From assembly GCA_963771465.1 (NCBI GenBank), contig CAVYTU010000012.1, positions 96,001 to 160,000 on the forward strand: a DNA stretch of 64,000 nucleotides, written 5' to 3'. A model generated the notes under the pieces. The model saw only the letters and a program-made list of their open reading frames with translations, did not search any database and was not told the origin of the DNA. This stretch comes from an uncultured delta proteobacterium. GTDB lineage: Bacteria > Desulfobacterota > Binatia > UBA9968. Shown piece by piece: positions 39,639 through 48,905 of the stretch. Within the stretch, counting starts at the first letter, position 1. Each line of letters opens with the position of its first letter. A program made the position numbers and the translations under genes.

Positions 39639-40529
39639 TTAAAGAATCTTATTGAGGGGATACTCGATTATACCCACCGCGCCGCTCTGCATCAGCTTGG
39701 GAATCAAGTCTCTCACTTGCCGTTCGTCGATCACACTCTCGATTGAGAACCATTTTACGCCTTTTAAGCTCGGCGATGGGTAAAGCGTCGCCACCGTCGG
39801 GGCGGTGATGCTAGGGATAAGTTCGATGACCTTTTCCAGGTCCGCTTCCGGAACGTTGAGTTTGATGCCGACTTTGGCTTCCGCCGATAGCGCGCCTTGC
39901 AGCAGCATTTTAATCTGCTCGAGCTTGGCGCGCTTCCATGGATCGTTCCACGCCGCTTTGTTGGCGATCAGCTGCGGGCAGCTTTCCATCAGCTCGTGGA
40001 TTATTTTCAAACCGTGGGCACGGATGGTCGTGCCGGTTTCGGTGACTTCGACGATGGCGTCGACCAAACCTTCGGCAGCTTTGGCTTCGGTGGCGCCCCA
40101 GGAAAATTCCACTTCGACGGGGATATTGCGCTCGGCGAAGTAGCGCTTGGTGAAATTGACCATCTCCGTGGCGACTCGCTTGCCTTTCAAATCTTCAATA
40201 CTTTTGACCGGTGAGTCGTGCGGCACGGCGAGAACCCAACGGGTCGGACGGAAGCTTACTTTTGAGTACACCATTTCCGTCACAACGACGACATCGGACT
40301 GATTCTCCTGGGTCCAATCCTTGCCGGTGATGCCGGCGTCGAGAGTTCCCGATTCGACGTAGCGCGACATTTCTTGCGGCCGCGCCAAGCTACAGCGCAA
40401 CGTTTCATCGTCGATGGTGGGAAAATAACTGCGGCTCGAGCCGGAGATTTTCCAGCCCGACTTCTTGAACAGATCGATGGTGGCTTGCTCTAAACTGCCT
40501 TTGGGCAAGCCCAACTTTAACTCACTCAC
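39639..40529 (-). CDS. hisG: ATP phosphoribosyltransferase (long form)
   Basis: [24 protein letters not shown]-terminal regulatory domain. Confidence 0.96.
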   Translation of the reverse strand: MSELKLGLPKGSLEQATIDLFKKSGWKISGSSRSYFPTIDDETLRCSLARPQEMSRYVESGTLDAGITGKDWTQENQSDVVVVTEMVYSKVSFRPTRWVLAVPHDSPVKSIEDLKGKRVATEMVNFTKRYFAERNIPVEVEFSWGATEAKAAEGLVDAIVEVTETGTTIRAHGLKIIHELMESCPQLIANKAAWNDPWKRAKLEQIKMLLQGALSAEAKVGIKLNVPEADLEKVIELIPSITAPTVATLYPSPSLKGVKWFSIESVIDERQVRDLIPKLMQSGAVGIIEYPLNKIL

Positions 40530-40909
40530 TTTTTATAAACCTCTTTGGGATCGAAAACCCGTTCGCCGATGACATTCCAATCGCCATCGGTCCATTTGCG
40601 GAAGAAACAGCTGCGAAAACCCTCGTGGCAGGCGGCGCCGCCGACCTGGTTGACTTGAATCAAGATAGTATCGTTGTCGCAATCGATAAAAGTATCTTTG
40701 ACTTCCTGGAAATTGCCCGACTCTTCGCCTTTGAACCAGGGGCCGTTGCGCGAGCGGCTATAATAGTGAGCTTTACCGGTCTCTTTAGTTTTCTCCCAAG
40801 CTTCCTCATTCATGTAGGCGACCATCAGGACTTCGCGCGACTGATAATCTTGCACGATGACCGGCACCAAGCCGTTGCCTTTGGCAAAATCGATTTTTAC
40901 TTCCGCCAT
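40526..40909 (-). CDS. hisI: Phosphoribosyl-AMP cyclohydrolase
   Basis: [26 protein letters not shown]. Confidence 0.96.
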   Translation of the reverse strand: MAEVKIDFAKGNGLVPVIVQDYQSREVLMVAYMNEEAWEKTKETGKAHYYSRSRNGPWFKGEESGNFQEVKDTFIDCDNDTILIQVNQVGGAACHEGFRSCFFRKWTDGDWNVIGERVFDPKEVYKK

Positions 40910-40987
40910 GTCAATTTCCTCGGATCTGTTTAGCTAACATAGATAGTCGGGGGCTTCAATAAGTTGAGTCGCTGCGTCAATCGGCAG

Positions 40988-41701
40988 TCAGCAACGCTTC
41001 TGACGCCGCAACAATAGCGGAATCTCGGCGATCTTTTCCTGCTTCAACATGCGCCAATAAATCCCCTTTGGCCGCGCCAAAGGCGCTTTGATTTCGATGA
41101 CTTCGTGCGGTGTGACGATGGCGCTGAGCGGGATATCGTGCACGGTCATCGGCATGTCTTCGTCGACGATCTGCAACGCATGAACCGACGTGACGATCGG
41201 TGTTTTAGCGCTAAGCTTGTTTTCTTCCGTGAGCAGAGCGAATTCCAGATCGGAATAGCCGCCGCCTTTGCCGATGCGGGCGCCGTCGCGATTGACCGCC
41301 ACCGATCCGCAGACGACGAGGTCGAGTTGCTTCACTTCGTCGAGCGTCACCGGCCGGCCATATTTATCGGCGCCTTTAATTGACGAGGCGACGAACGGCG
41401 AGCAGCTTAACTTTTGCGGATCGAGCTCGATGAACGGTTTTTCACTGCGCAAACGCGGCACGGCCATGTAAATGATTTTCCCTTCCACTAAGGCGCGCCG
41501 GCGGATCGCGCGCTGGGGCGAATCGGGATTCACTTTGAGAAACCTTGCCGCCTTCCAATAGTCCATTTCGGCCAACCGCGTGGCGCACGCTTCGGCGCCG
41601 ATAAAATTAGGAATTCTCCCTTTGGCGCCCGGAAAACGGGCGACTTTGCGTTGTTGTAAAGTCTGCCAAACCTCTTCGCGCAGTTCATCTTTAGTTTTCA
41701 T
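40988..41701 (-). CDS. 5-formyltetrahydrofolate cyclo-ligase (MTHFSD/archaeal-like subtype)
   Basis: GRIPNFIGA, VNPDSPQ, RIGKGGGYSD, HD. Confidence 0.9.
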   Translation of the reverse strand: MKTKDELREEVWQTLQQRKVARFPGAKGRIPNFIGAEACATRLAEMDYWKAARFLKVNPDSPQRAIRRRALVEGKIIYMAVPRLRSEKPFIELDPQKLSCSPFVASSIKGADKYGRPVTLDEVKQLDLVVCGSVAVNRDGARIGKGGGYSDLEFALLTEENKLSAKTPIVTSVHALQIVDEDMPMTVHDIPLSAIVTPHEVIEIKAPLARPKGIYWRMLKQEKIAEIPLLLRRQKRC

Positions 41702-41844
41702 GCTAATCAAACTAGCGAGGCAGCAGGCGTCAGGCAACCATGAGCGGCGGCGGTGGAAGTGAGCTCATACCGCTCGCCTCGCGCCCAATGCCTATTTCGC
41801 CGGTTGATTGACTGGCGGGGAAGCTGAGTTGTAATATCTTCTCA

Positions 41845-42654
41845 ATGTCAGAATTCATCATCGTTTACGTCACTGCCGGGTCAGCTGAGGAGGCCGATCG
41901 CTTAGCGCGCGCCTTGGTCGGCGAGCAGTTGGCGGCTTGTGTCAATCGGGTGACCGGAGTGCAGTCGGTTTACCGTTGGCAGGGCAACGTCGAGCAGTCC
42001 GACGAAGTGCTGTTGATCATCAAAACCCGCCGCGACGCCTTTGCGGCGCTGGAGCGACGCGTGCGCGAGTTACACAGCTATGCGGTGCCGGAAATTATTG
42101 CCCTGCCGGTGCTTGAGGGGAGCGCGGAGTACCTCACTTGGCTGCGCGACCAAGTGGCGCCGGCTCAAACGAGCAGCGAGGATAATATTCGCACGGTCAA
42201 AGAAGTGTCGGCCGGCGGCGTGATATTTCGGCGCGGTGGCGATGGTTTCGAGATCGCTTTGATCCATGCGCGTAACCGGTGGGGGCTTCCCAAAGGCCAT
42301 ATCGAGGATGGCGAGCGTGTCGAGGAAGCGGCGCTGCGCGAAGTGCGCGAGGAGACCGGACTGGAAGGAAAGCTCCAGCGCAAACTTGGCGATATTCGCT
42401 ATTCCTACCGTGATAAGAAAGGCGGCGAGCCGATTCGCATCAACAAGCGCGTGCATTTTTTTCTCATGCGCTACGTACGCGGCGACGTGCGCGATCACGA
42501 TCATGAATCGGATGACGCGCGCTGGTTTCCCATCGACCAAGGGTTCAAGCTGCTGAAATTCGCCACCGAACGCAAGATGGTACACCGGGCGATGGCGATG
42601 TTGACGGCGCGACAAAATGACCGGCGGCCGCCGGCGGTGCAAGGTAATTCATAA
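41845..42654 (+). CDS. cutA: CutA1-NUDIX hydrolase fusion
   Basis: N-terminal [25 protein letters not shown]; C-terminal Nudix box [22 protein letters not shown]. Confidence 0.9.
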   Translation: MSEFIIVYVTAGSAEEADRLARALVGEQLAACVNRVTGVQSVYRWQGNVEQSDEVLLIIKTRRDAFAALERRVRELHSYAVPEIIALPVLEGSAEYLTWLRDQVAPAQTSSEDNIRTVKEVSAGGVIFRRGGDGFEIALIHARNRWGLPKGHIEDGERVEEAALREVREETGLEGKLQRKLGDIRYSYRDKKGGEPIRINKRVHFFLMRYVRGDVRDHDHESDDARWFPIDQGFKLLKFATERKMVHRAMAMLTARQNDRRPPAVQGNS

Positions 42655-42729
42655 ACGCGGCCAACTCTAACTTCACCGCGCTGACTTCATGTTGTCCAGC
42701 CGCACCCATTTTGGGGGAGATTTAGCTCA

Positions 42730-44103
42730 ATGAACGACAGCTCGCGCGGCGTGATGTTTTCCGTGCCTTACGAAATCGCCATGGTGCGGCCGCTGCGTCA
42801 GACCACAGTTGACGAGCGCGCAGCGGCACTGCGCGCGGCCTATTACAATACCGAGCTGATTCCCCAGGATCTCATTTACATCGATCTTGCCACCGACAGC
42901 GGCGTGAGCGCGTTTAGCACGAATCAGTTTGCCGCGTTGATTGGCGCGACAACAGTCGAGCCGGGGATGGGGTTGGCGGCGGAAGGAAGCTGCGCGTTTG
43001 GCATGCTGTCCGAGCAGATTCGGAAAAATTTCGCTTTTCCTTATATCGTCCCGACGACGCAGGGTCGCGCGGCGGAACGGATTTGGACCAAGATCCATGT
43101 AAAACCCGGATCCGTTGTTGCCGGCAATATGCTGTTTCCGTCGACACGCAATCACATCGAGATGAATGGGGCAAAGATCGTTGACGTGATCGGCGAGCAG
43201 GCGCACGATTTGATCTCGGATCAGCCGTTCAAAGGCGATATCGATCTCACGAAGCTCGCCGCCGTAATCCAAGCGCATGGATCGGACAAAGTCAGCTGCA
43301 TCTACGTCGAGCTAAGCGTCAATGCGTGCGGCGGTCACCCGGTGTCGCTGGCTAATCTCAAAGCGGTCAAAGAGATCGCCTCGGCCAATCAGATTCCACT
43401 GTTTCTCGACGCCTGCCGCATCCTTGAGAACAGTAGTCTCGTCAAAGAGCGGGAAGCCGGCTATCATGGCCATAACATCGGCGCGATCGTGCGGGAGACT
43501 TGTGCCCTTGCAGACGGCGCGACGCTAAGCGCGCTGAAGGATTTTCTCGTTTCGAGCGGCGGATTGATATTGACGCGGGACCGGGCAAGCCAGCAAAAGG
43601 GTTTGATGCAGAGTTTTCTCGACGGCGCGCAGCCATCGGCGAGTGCGATGGAGATGATGGCGAGGGCGTTGCAAGAGCTTTTCAGCACAGACGCTTATGC
43701 GGCAAACCGGGTTGAGCAAGTCCGTTATCTTTGGCGCCGGCTAAGAGAAAGCGTGCCGGTGCTCAGTCCGCCGGCCGGCCACGCGGTGTTTGTCGACGTG
43801 AAAAAATTTCTTTCTGATTTTTCTGCTGAGCAGTTTCCCGCCGAAGCGTTGGCGGCGCATATTTATCAGCAGAGCGGCATCCGCGTCACCAAAGGGCCGC
43901 CGTTGGCACCGAGCCAAATCGAGCAGGGCATCGATCTCCTGCGTTTCGCAGTGCCGACGCGAAAATATCTCCAAGGGCACATGGACGATATCGTGACGGC
44001 AGTCGATTACGCGTACCGACATCGCAGCGAGATCATAGGTCTTAAGAAAATCGACGACTCGTCGCGTTCGAAATACGATCCGGCTCATTTTGCTCCTGTA
44101 TGA
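42730..44103 (+). CDS. Divergent tryptophanase/tyrosine phenol-lyase family PLP enzyme
   Basis: IDLATDSG, QGRAAE, FKGDID, GGHPVS, LDACR, SALKD, GHAVFVD. Confidence 0.88.
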   Translation: MNDSSRGVMFSVPYEIAMVRPLRQTTVDERAAALRAAYYNTELIPQDLIYIDLATDSGVSAFSTNQFAALIGATTVEPGMGLAAEGSCAFGMLSEQIRKNFAFPYIVPTTQGRAAERIWTKIHVKPGSVVAGNMLFPSTRNHIEMNGAKIVDVIGEQAHDLISDQPFKGDIDLTKLAAVIQAHGSDKVSCIYVELSVNACGGHPVSLANLKAVKEIASANQIPLFLDACRILENSSLVKEREAGYHGHNIGAIVRETCALADGATLSALKDFLVSSGGLILTRDRASQQKGLMQSFLDGAQPSASAMEMMARALQELFSTDAYAANRVEQVRYLWRRLRESVPVLSPPAGHAVFVDVKKFLSDFSAEQFPAEALAAHIYQQSGIRVTKGPPLAPSQIEQGIDLLRFAVPTRKYLQGHMDDIVTAVDYAYRHRSEIIGLKKIDDSSRSKYDPAHFAPV

Positions 44104-45860
44104 CCGAACCCATCCGCGCCGTTACCGGCCGCCATATCGGCCAAATCTTTTTTGAGCGCGCCGCCGAACTCGGCGATCGCACATTTATCAAGCTACAGCA
44201 GGGCGATAGGTTCGAAGAGATTTCATGGCGTGACTTCGCCGCCATCGTGCAACAGGCGCTTTTGGGTCTCGTTGCGCTGGGGCTTGTTCCCGGCGATATA
44301 GTCGCCATCATCGGCGAAAACTGCGGCCAATGGCTCGCCGCCGATCTCGCGACACTATCGGGCGGCTTTACCAACGTGGTTATTTCACCAAGTTTGTCCG
44401 ATACAATGCTTCTCAAGATACTCAGCCACGCTGAGTGCCGCGCCGCCTTTGTTCAAAATGCAACGGGCGTTGGGCGTATGCTCAATTTCAAAGGACAGCT
44501 GCCCGTATTGTCACAGATCATCGTTATGGAGGAATTGGACGGTGATCTGCCCCATACGCTCTCTTTTGAGCAACTTTGCAAACGCGGCGAAAAGCTTGAC
44601 GGAGCAAGATTAGCTACGCTACTCGCAGCGGTGCATCCTAACGATCTGGCGACGATCATGTACACCTCGGGTTCTACCGGCGAGCCGAAAGGCGTGATGC
44701 GCACGCAGGATAACCTCCTGGCAAATATCACCAACGGCAACGCAATTGTTTTAAGTCAGCCAGACGAGTTGACGGTGAACGTACTCAGTTTGAATCACCT
44801 GTTTGGCCGTTTCGGTTTTCTCAAGAGCGCGGTTACAGGACGGGCGACCGCGCTCATCGAAGCGCTGGAAACCGAGGTAGATTGGACGGTGATTCAATTT
44901 CTCGCACCGACCGGGTTGGCGGTGGTGCCGCGGGTGATGGAGCGCATCTGGGACGGCGTGCTCGGTCAAGACGGCAACGACCAACTGTGGCGCGAGCTGG
45001 AAACTCTCGATGATAAAAAGTCCGGCCTCAGCGCACCGGACTTACAGCGGTTTGACGACCTGCGAGCGGTTCTCAAAATCAACGTGCGCCAAGCGCTTGG
45101 CGGCCGGATCAAGTACATCGCCTACGGCGGCGCGGCGATGCCGCCGCGGATCATGCGCTTCTGTGAATTGATCGGCATCCCGCTAATCGGTTCCTACGGT
45201 TCCACCGAGTGCGGCGGCGTAACACTCTGTGGCATCGGCGAGAACCGTGCCGGCAATCTGGGAAAACCGTTCGCCAACGTGCAAATCCGCATCGCTGACG
45301 ACGGCGAGATTCTCGTGCGCGGCCCGACGGTTTCACCGGGATATTACAAGAATCTCCTAGCGACCCGGGAAGCGTTCGATGACGCCGGTTGGTTTTACAC
45401 CGGCGATCTCGGCGCTATTGAAGCGGACGGCTCGCTGCGCATCACCGGGCGCAAGAAAGATGTTTTTAACTGCGCCGACGGTTCGAATATCTACCCGAGC
45501 TTCATCGAGTTGCAGTTGGAAAACGAACCTTTCATTCGCCAGGCGGTCTTGCTCGGCGACCGCCGGCCATTTGTCGCCGCGTTGCTGGTTCCGGAGCGCG
45601 AAAAGATTGCCGAATCGCTCAAGCGTGATATCGCCAACTTATCGGAGGATGAAATCCGAACGGTGTTATGGCTGCAGATCGAGCGAGTCAACGGGCGGCT
45701 CGAGCGCTATGAACAGATTCGTAAGGTCGCCGTGATGCTCGATGATTTTCCCACCGAAGTGAGAAGCATCAACCACTTTCAAAAAGTAAAAGTCGACCGC
45801 GATGTCGTCGCGACGCGTTATCAACGCGAGATTGAGGCAATTTATTCAACCGCCAGGTGA
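44100..45860 (+). CDS. Long-chain acyl-CoA synthetase-like AMP-forming ligase
   Basis: YTSGSTGEPKG, YGSTE, TGDLG, GRKKD; ATGA overlap. Confidence 0.92.
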   Translation: MTEPIRAVTGRHIGQIFFERAAELGDRTFIKLQQGDRFEEISWRDFAAIVQQALLGLVALGLVPGDIVAIIGENCGQWLAADLATLSGGFTNVVISPSLSDTMLLKILSHAECRAAFVQNATGVGRMLNFKGQLPVLSQIIVMEELDGDLPHTLSFEQLCKRGEKLDGARLATLLAAVHPNDLATIMYTSGSTGEPKGVMRTQDNLLANITNGNAIVLSQPDELTVNVLSLNHLFGRFGFLKSAVTGRATALIEALETEVDWTVIQFLAPTGLAVVPRVMERIWDGVLGQDGNDQLWRELETLDDKKSGLSAPDLQRFDDLRAVLKINVRQALGGRIKYIAYGGAAMPPRIMRFCELIGIPLIGSYGSTECGGVTLCGIGENRAGNLGKPFANVQIRIADDGEILVRGPTVSPGYYKNLLATREAFDDAGWFYTGDLGAIEADGSLRITGRKKDVFNCADGSNIYPSFIELQLENEPFIRQAVLLGDRRPFVAALLVPEREKIAESLKRDIANLSEDEIRTVLWLQIERVNGRLERYEQIRKVAVMLDDFPTEVRSINHFQKVKVDRDVVATRYQREIEAIYSTAR

Positions 45861-46615
45861 GGAGGCACGGATTGAATCAAGTGGCAATGATCACGGGTGG
45901 TGGCGGTGGGATTGGCGGCGCGGTGGCGCGGCGTATGGCAGCTGGCGGAATTACCGTAGTGATCGCCGACTATGACGGCAGCGCAGCCGAGCGAGTTAAA
46001 GACGAGATCGTCGCCAGCGGCGGCAAAGCGGACGCGCTGGCGATCGACGTGACTGTCGCCCGCGAAGTGAAGGCCGTGGTCACCGACGCGGTCAAGCGCT
46101 ACGGCCGGATCGATGTACTCGCCAACATCGCTGGCGGCAGCGCGTACACCAAGCGCATTGAAGAGTTTACCTGGGCGCAGTGGAAAGAAGTGATGGACGC
46201 CAACTTGAAAGGCACTTTTCTAATGTGCCGCGAGGTAGCGCCGCTCATGCAGAAACAAAAGAGCGGCCGGATCATGAATACTGCGTCGAACTACGGCGTC
46301 ACCGGTTCGGCGCTGCGCACGCCCTATGCCGCGGCGAAGGCCGGCATCATTACTTTTACCAAGTCCTTGGCGTTGGAATTGGCTCCCGATCTCGTGCTCG
46401 CCAATACGGTGGCGCCGGGACCGACCGACACGCCGCGGGTAATGGAGAAAGAATCCGCCGAAGCACGTAAGCAGCGCTGGTGGCCGCAAATCCCCCTCGG
46501 ACGCACGGCGCTGCCGCCGGATATCGCCGAGATGTATTATTTTCTCACGATGCCGGAGAGCGCGGCGATCACCGGACAAACCTTTCACGTCAACGGCGGG
46601 GTGGTGATGCCATGA
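45857..46615 (+). CDS. SDR family oxidoreductase
   Basis: TGGGGGIG, YAAAK, APG; GTGA overlap. Confidence 0.92.
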   Translation: MRRHGLNQVAMITGGGGGIGGAVARRMAAGGITVVIADYDGSAAERVKDEIVASGGKADALAIDVTVAREVKAVVTDAVKRYGRIDVLANIAGGSAYTKRIEEFTWAQWKEVMDANLKGTFLMCREVAPLMQKQKSGRIMNTASNYGVTGSALRTPYAAAKAGIITFTKSLALELAPDLVLANTVAPGPTDTPRVMEKESAEARKQRWWPQIPLGRTALPPDIAEMYYFLTMPESAAITGQTFHVNGGVVMP

Positions 46616-47361
46616 GACTTAAAGATAAAGTGGCTGTTGTCACGGGAGCGGCGCAGGGCATCGGCCGGGCGACCGCGCTCGCGATGGGCCGTGAAGGCGC
46701 CAAGGTTGTCGTGGCCGACTTACAGGCAGAAAAAGCGCAATCGGTGGCTAACGAGTTGCAAGCTCTCGGCGCCCAAGCGTTGGCCGTCGAGGTCAACGTC
46801 GCCAATGAAACCTCGGTGAAACGCATGGCGAAGAGCACGTTCGAGCGCTTCAGCCGCGCCGATATTCTGGTCAACGTCGCTGGCATTTATTATCCCAAAG
46901 CGTCGGTGGTCGATCTGAGCGAAGAAGACTGGGATCGTACGATCAACATCAACGTCGGTGGCAACTTTCTCTGCTGCCGCGAGTTCGTGCCGGCCATGCG
47001 CGCGCAGAAGAGCGGACGAATTATCAGTCTCGCCTCGGCTATCGGCCACTACGGCATGCGCCAGTTCTCCCACTACGCCGCGTCGAAAGCCGCGGTGATG
47101 GGATTCGTCAAATCCCTCGCCCGCGAAGTCGGCGTCGACGGCATCACCGTCAACGCCATCTGCCCCGGCTCGGCCAATACTGCCATGCCGCGCCAACACC
47201 GCTCTGAAGAAGAAGTGATGGAACGCCTGCGCGCCACGCCGCTGCCACATATTTTAGAACCGGAAGATATCGCTGGCGCGATTCTTTTCCTGGCGAGCGA
47301 CGCAGCGGCGTTCATCACTGGCCAGTCGTATAACATCAACAGCGGGACGTATATGTTTTAG
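46612..47361 (+). CDS. SDR family oxidoreductase
   Basis: TGAAQGIG, YAASK; ATGA overlap. Confidence 0.92.
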   Translation: MRLKDKVAVVTGAAQGIGRATALAMGREGAKVVVADLQAEKAQSVANELQALGAQALAVEVNVANETSVKRMAKSTFERFSRADILVNVAGIYYPKASVVDLSEEDWDRTININVGGNFLCCREFVPAMRAQKSGRIISLASAIGHYGMRQFSHYAASKAAVMGFVKSLAREVGVDGITVNAICPGSANTAMPRQHRSEEEVMERLRATPLPHILEPEDIAGAILFLASDAAAFITGQSYNINSGTYMF

Positions 47362-47631
47362 TCGGATCATTTTCCGCACTCCTTGCGACGAGGTAATATT
47401 TACGACATTCGGCGCAGCGCGTGTCCTCCCACCCTAGAATTTTTATGAATCGCACTTTGAACTTGAAGTATCGATTGATCGAATTCGTCGCCGATCCCGA
47501 AGCGATGCCGTAAGCTTTAAACATGCAAGTTGGTTTGAGTGTTAGAGCAGGGCAGTTGTGATACGGTCAAGGCGTCGATTGCTGGCGTTTGGGGATGTTT
47601 AACAACCTCAAACTCGGTCGGAGGAATTTGC

Positions 47632-48183
47632 ATGACGACAAAAGTGAGCCGATTCGGTTTCGTCGAGTGCGCTGACTTGATCAACGGACAAAAGTACGGC
47701 GCGGCCTTACACATGTTCCAAAAGGCTGTGACGAACTTTCTCGATTCCAAGACTACGCCGAAGCGGAGCGAGATCGCCAGAGAGTTGTTTCAAATCGGCT
47801 CAACCTTGGAAGAGACGTTGAAGCACGCCTTCGGCGACCAATGGGAGTCGGAAATTCCCCAGTTTGCCGACGACAACAAGCTGCTCAGCTGTACCTTTTG
47901 CGGCAAGAATCAAAACGAAGTGCGCAAACTCATCGCCGGCCCGTCGGTGCACATTTGCGACGAATGCGTTCACGTCTGCGACGAAATCCTCACTAAGGAA
48001 AACGTGGACGGCGCGGAAAAGGATTTAAAGACCGCGCCGAGTCCCACGGAAGAACGGCTTTGCGGCATCTGCATGGAGCCGCGTGAGACCGACGAGTTGA
48101 TCTTCTTGCCGCACGCCGCCTACATGTGCGCCGGCTGTTTGGAAGAGATTCAGATCGTACGGGACAAGCGCGGTGAGCGGTAA
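47632..48183 (+). CDS. ClpX C4-type zinc-finger domain protein without ATPase domain
   Basis: CTFCGK..KLIAGP..ICDECV plus a second CGIC..H..CAGC; GGAGG RBS. Confidence 0.8.
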   Translation: MTTKVSRFGFVECADLINGQKYGAALHMFQKAVTNFLDSKTTPKRSEIARELFQIGSTLEETLKHAFGDQWESEIPQFADDNKLLSCTFCGKNQNEVRKLIAGPSVHICDECVHVCDEILTKENVDGAEKDLKTAPSPTEERLCGICMEPRETDELIFLPHAAYMCAGCLEEIQIVRDKRGER

Positions 48184-48210
48184 CAAAGTCATTCGTCAAT
48201 CACAGTCGCG

Positions 48211-48527
48211 CGCAGACGCGATAATAAGGAACTCACCGGCGCGCCGCGTTCGTCGCATGTGAAGCGCACGGCGCAGGAGAGTTTTTCGCCGGAGGCTTTT
48301 GTTCTACGCCGTTCGATACCTTGGTCCGATGAAAATGCCGGCGGTTTGAACTTCGTCGCGTTTGGCAAGTCGTTTGACACTTTCGAAGCGCAACTCAAGC
48401 GAATGGTCGGCGCCGAAGATGGCATCACCGACACGCTGTTTGAATTCACCGTCCAATTACGGGCAGCTACTTTTGGTGTCCGCCGATGACAAAGGGCCCT
48501 GTGGACTTGCGTGCGTTGGGAATTTAG
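48211..48527 (+). pseudogene. Dyp-type peroxidase C-terminal remnant with frameshift near 48450
   Basis: RRRDNKEL..SHVKRTAQESF..LRRSIPW..FEAQLKRM, then shifted PITGSYFWCPP; N-terminus absent. Confidence 0.75.
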
Positions 48528-48876
48528 CAGCGCGGAAAAGTGGATTTCGTGCTGGACATTGGCCACATCGAAACTGAAAGGTAAGTTCTACTGTGTACGA
48601 TCGCCGGCGTGCGATGGTTGGGATCATCGAGTCGTCGAAGGGTCAAGTTCATTGGTAACTGCCCAATAGGATTGACTGCCTTCGCGGTTTGCGAACGTGC
48701 AACACCCTAAGATCAATATGATTTGAGCGAAATCGGCCGAATTGTGCACGGAAAATCCTACCACCTTTTAAGATTTCCTACGGACATTTTCTAGCATCCG
48801 TAAATATCGTCGTAAAATTCTAGATTTTCTTAGTTATCGGGCGAACTAGGTGGCGTTAAAGCGGGTTTCAACTCCG

Positions 48877-48891
48877 TGGTACGTCTCTTGC
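48877..48891 (+). promoter_or_regulatory. Candidate sigma54 -24/-12 promoter
   Basis: TGGTACGTCTCTTGC with GG-N10-GC spacing just before the AsmA gene. Confidence 0.45.
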
Positions 48892-48905
48892 GCGTTCTAT
48901 AGTTA

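Noticed and set aside
41702-41844. 6S RNA expected upstream of 5-formyl-THF cyclo-ligase
   Set aside because: The gap is only about 140 nt, holds a divergent promoter and a heptamer-type repeat, and shows no 6S-like long rod
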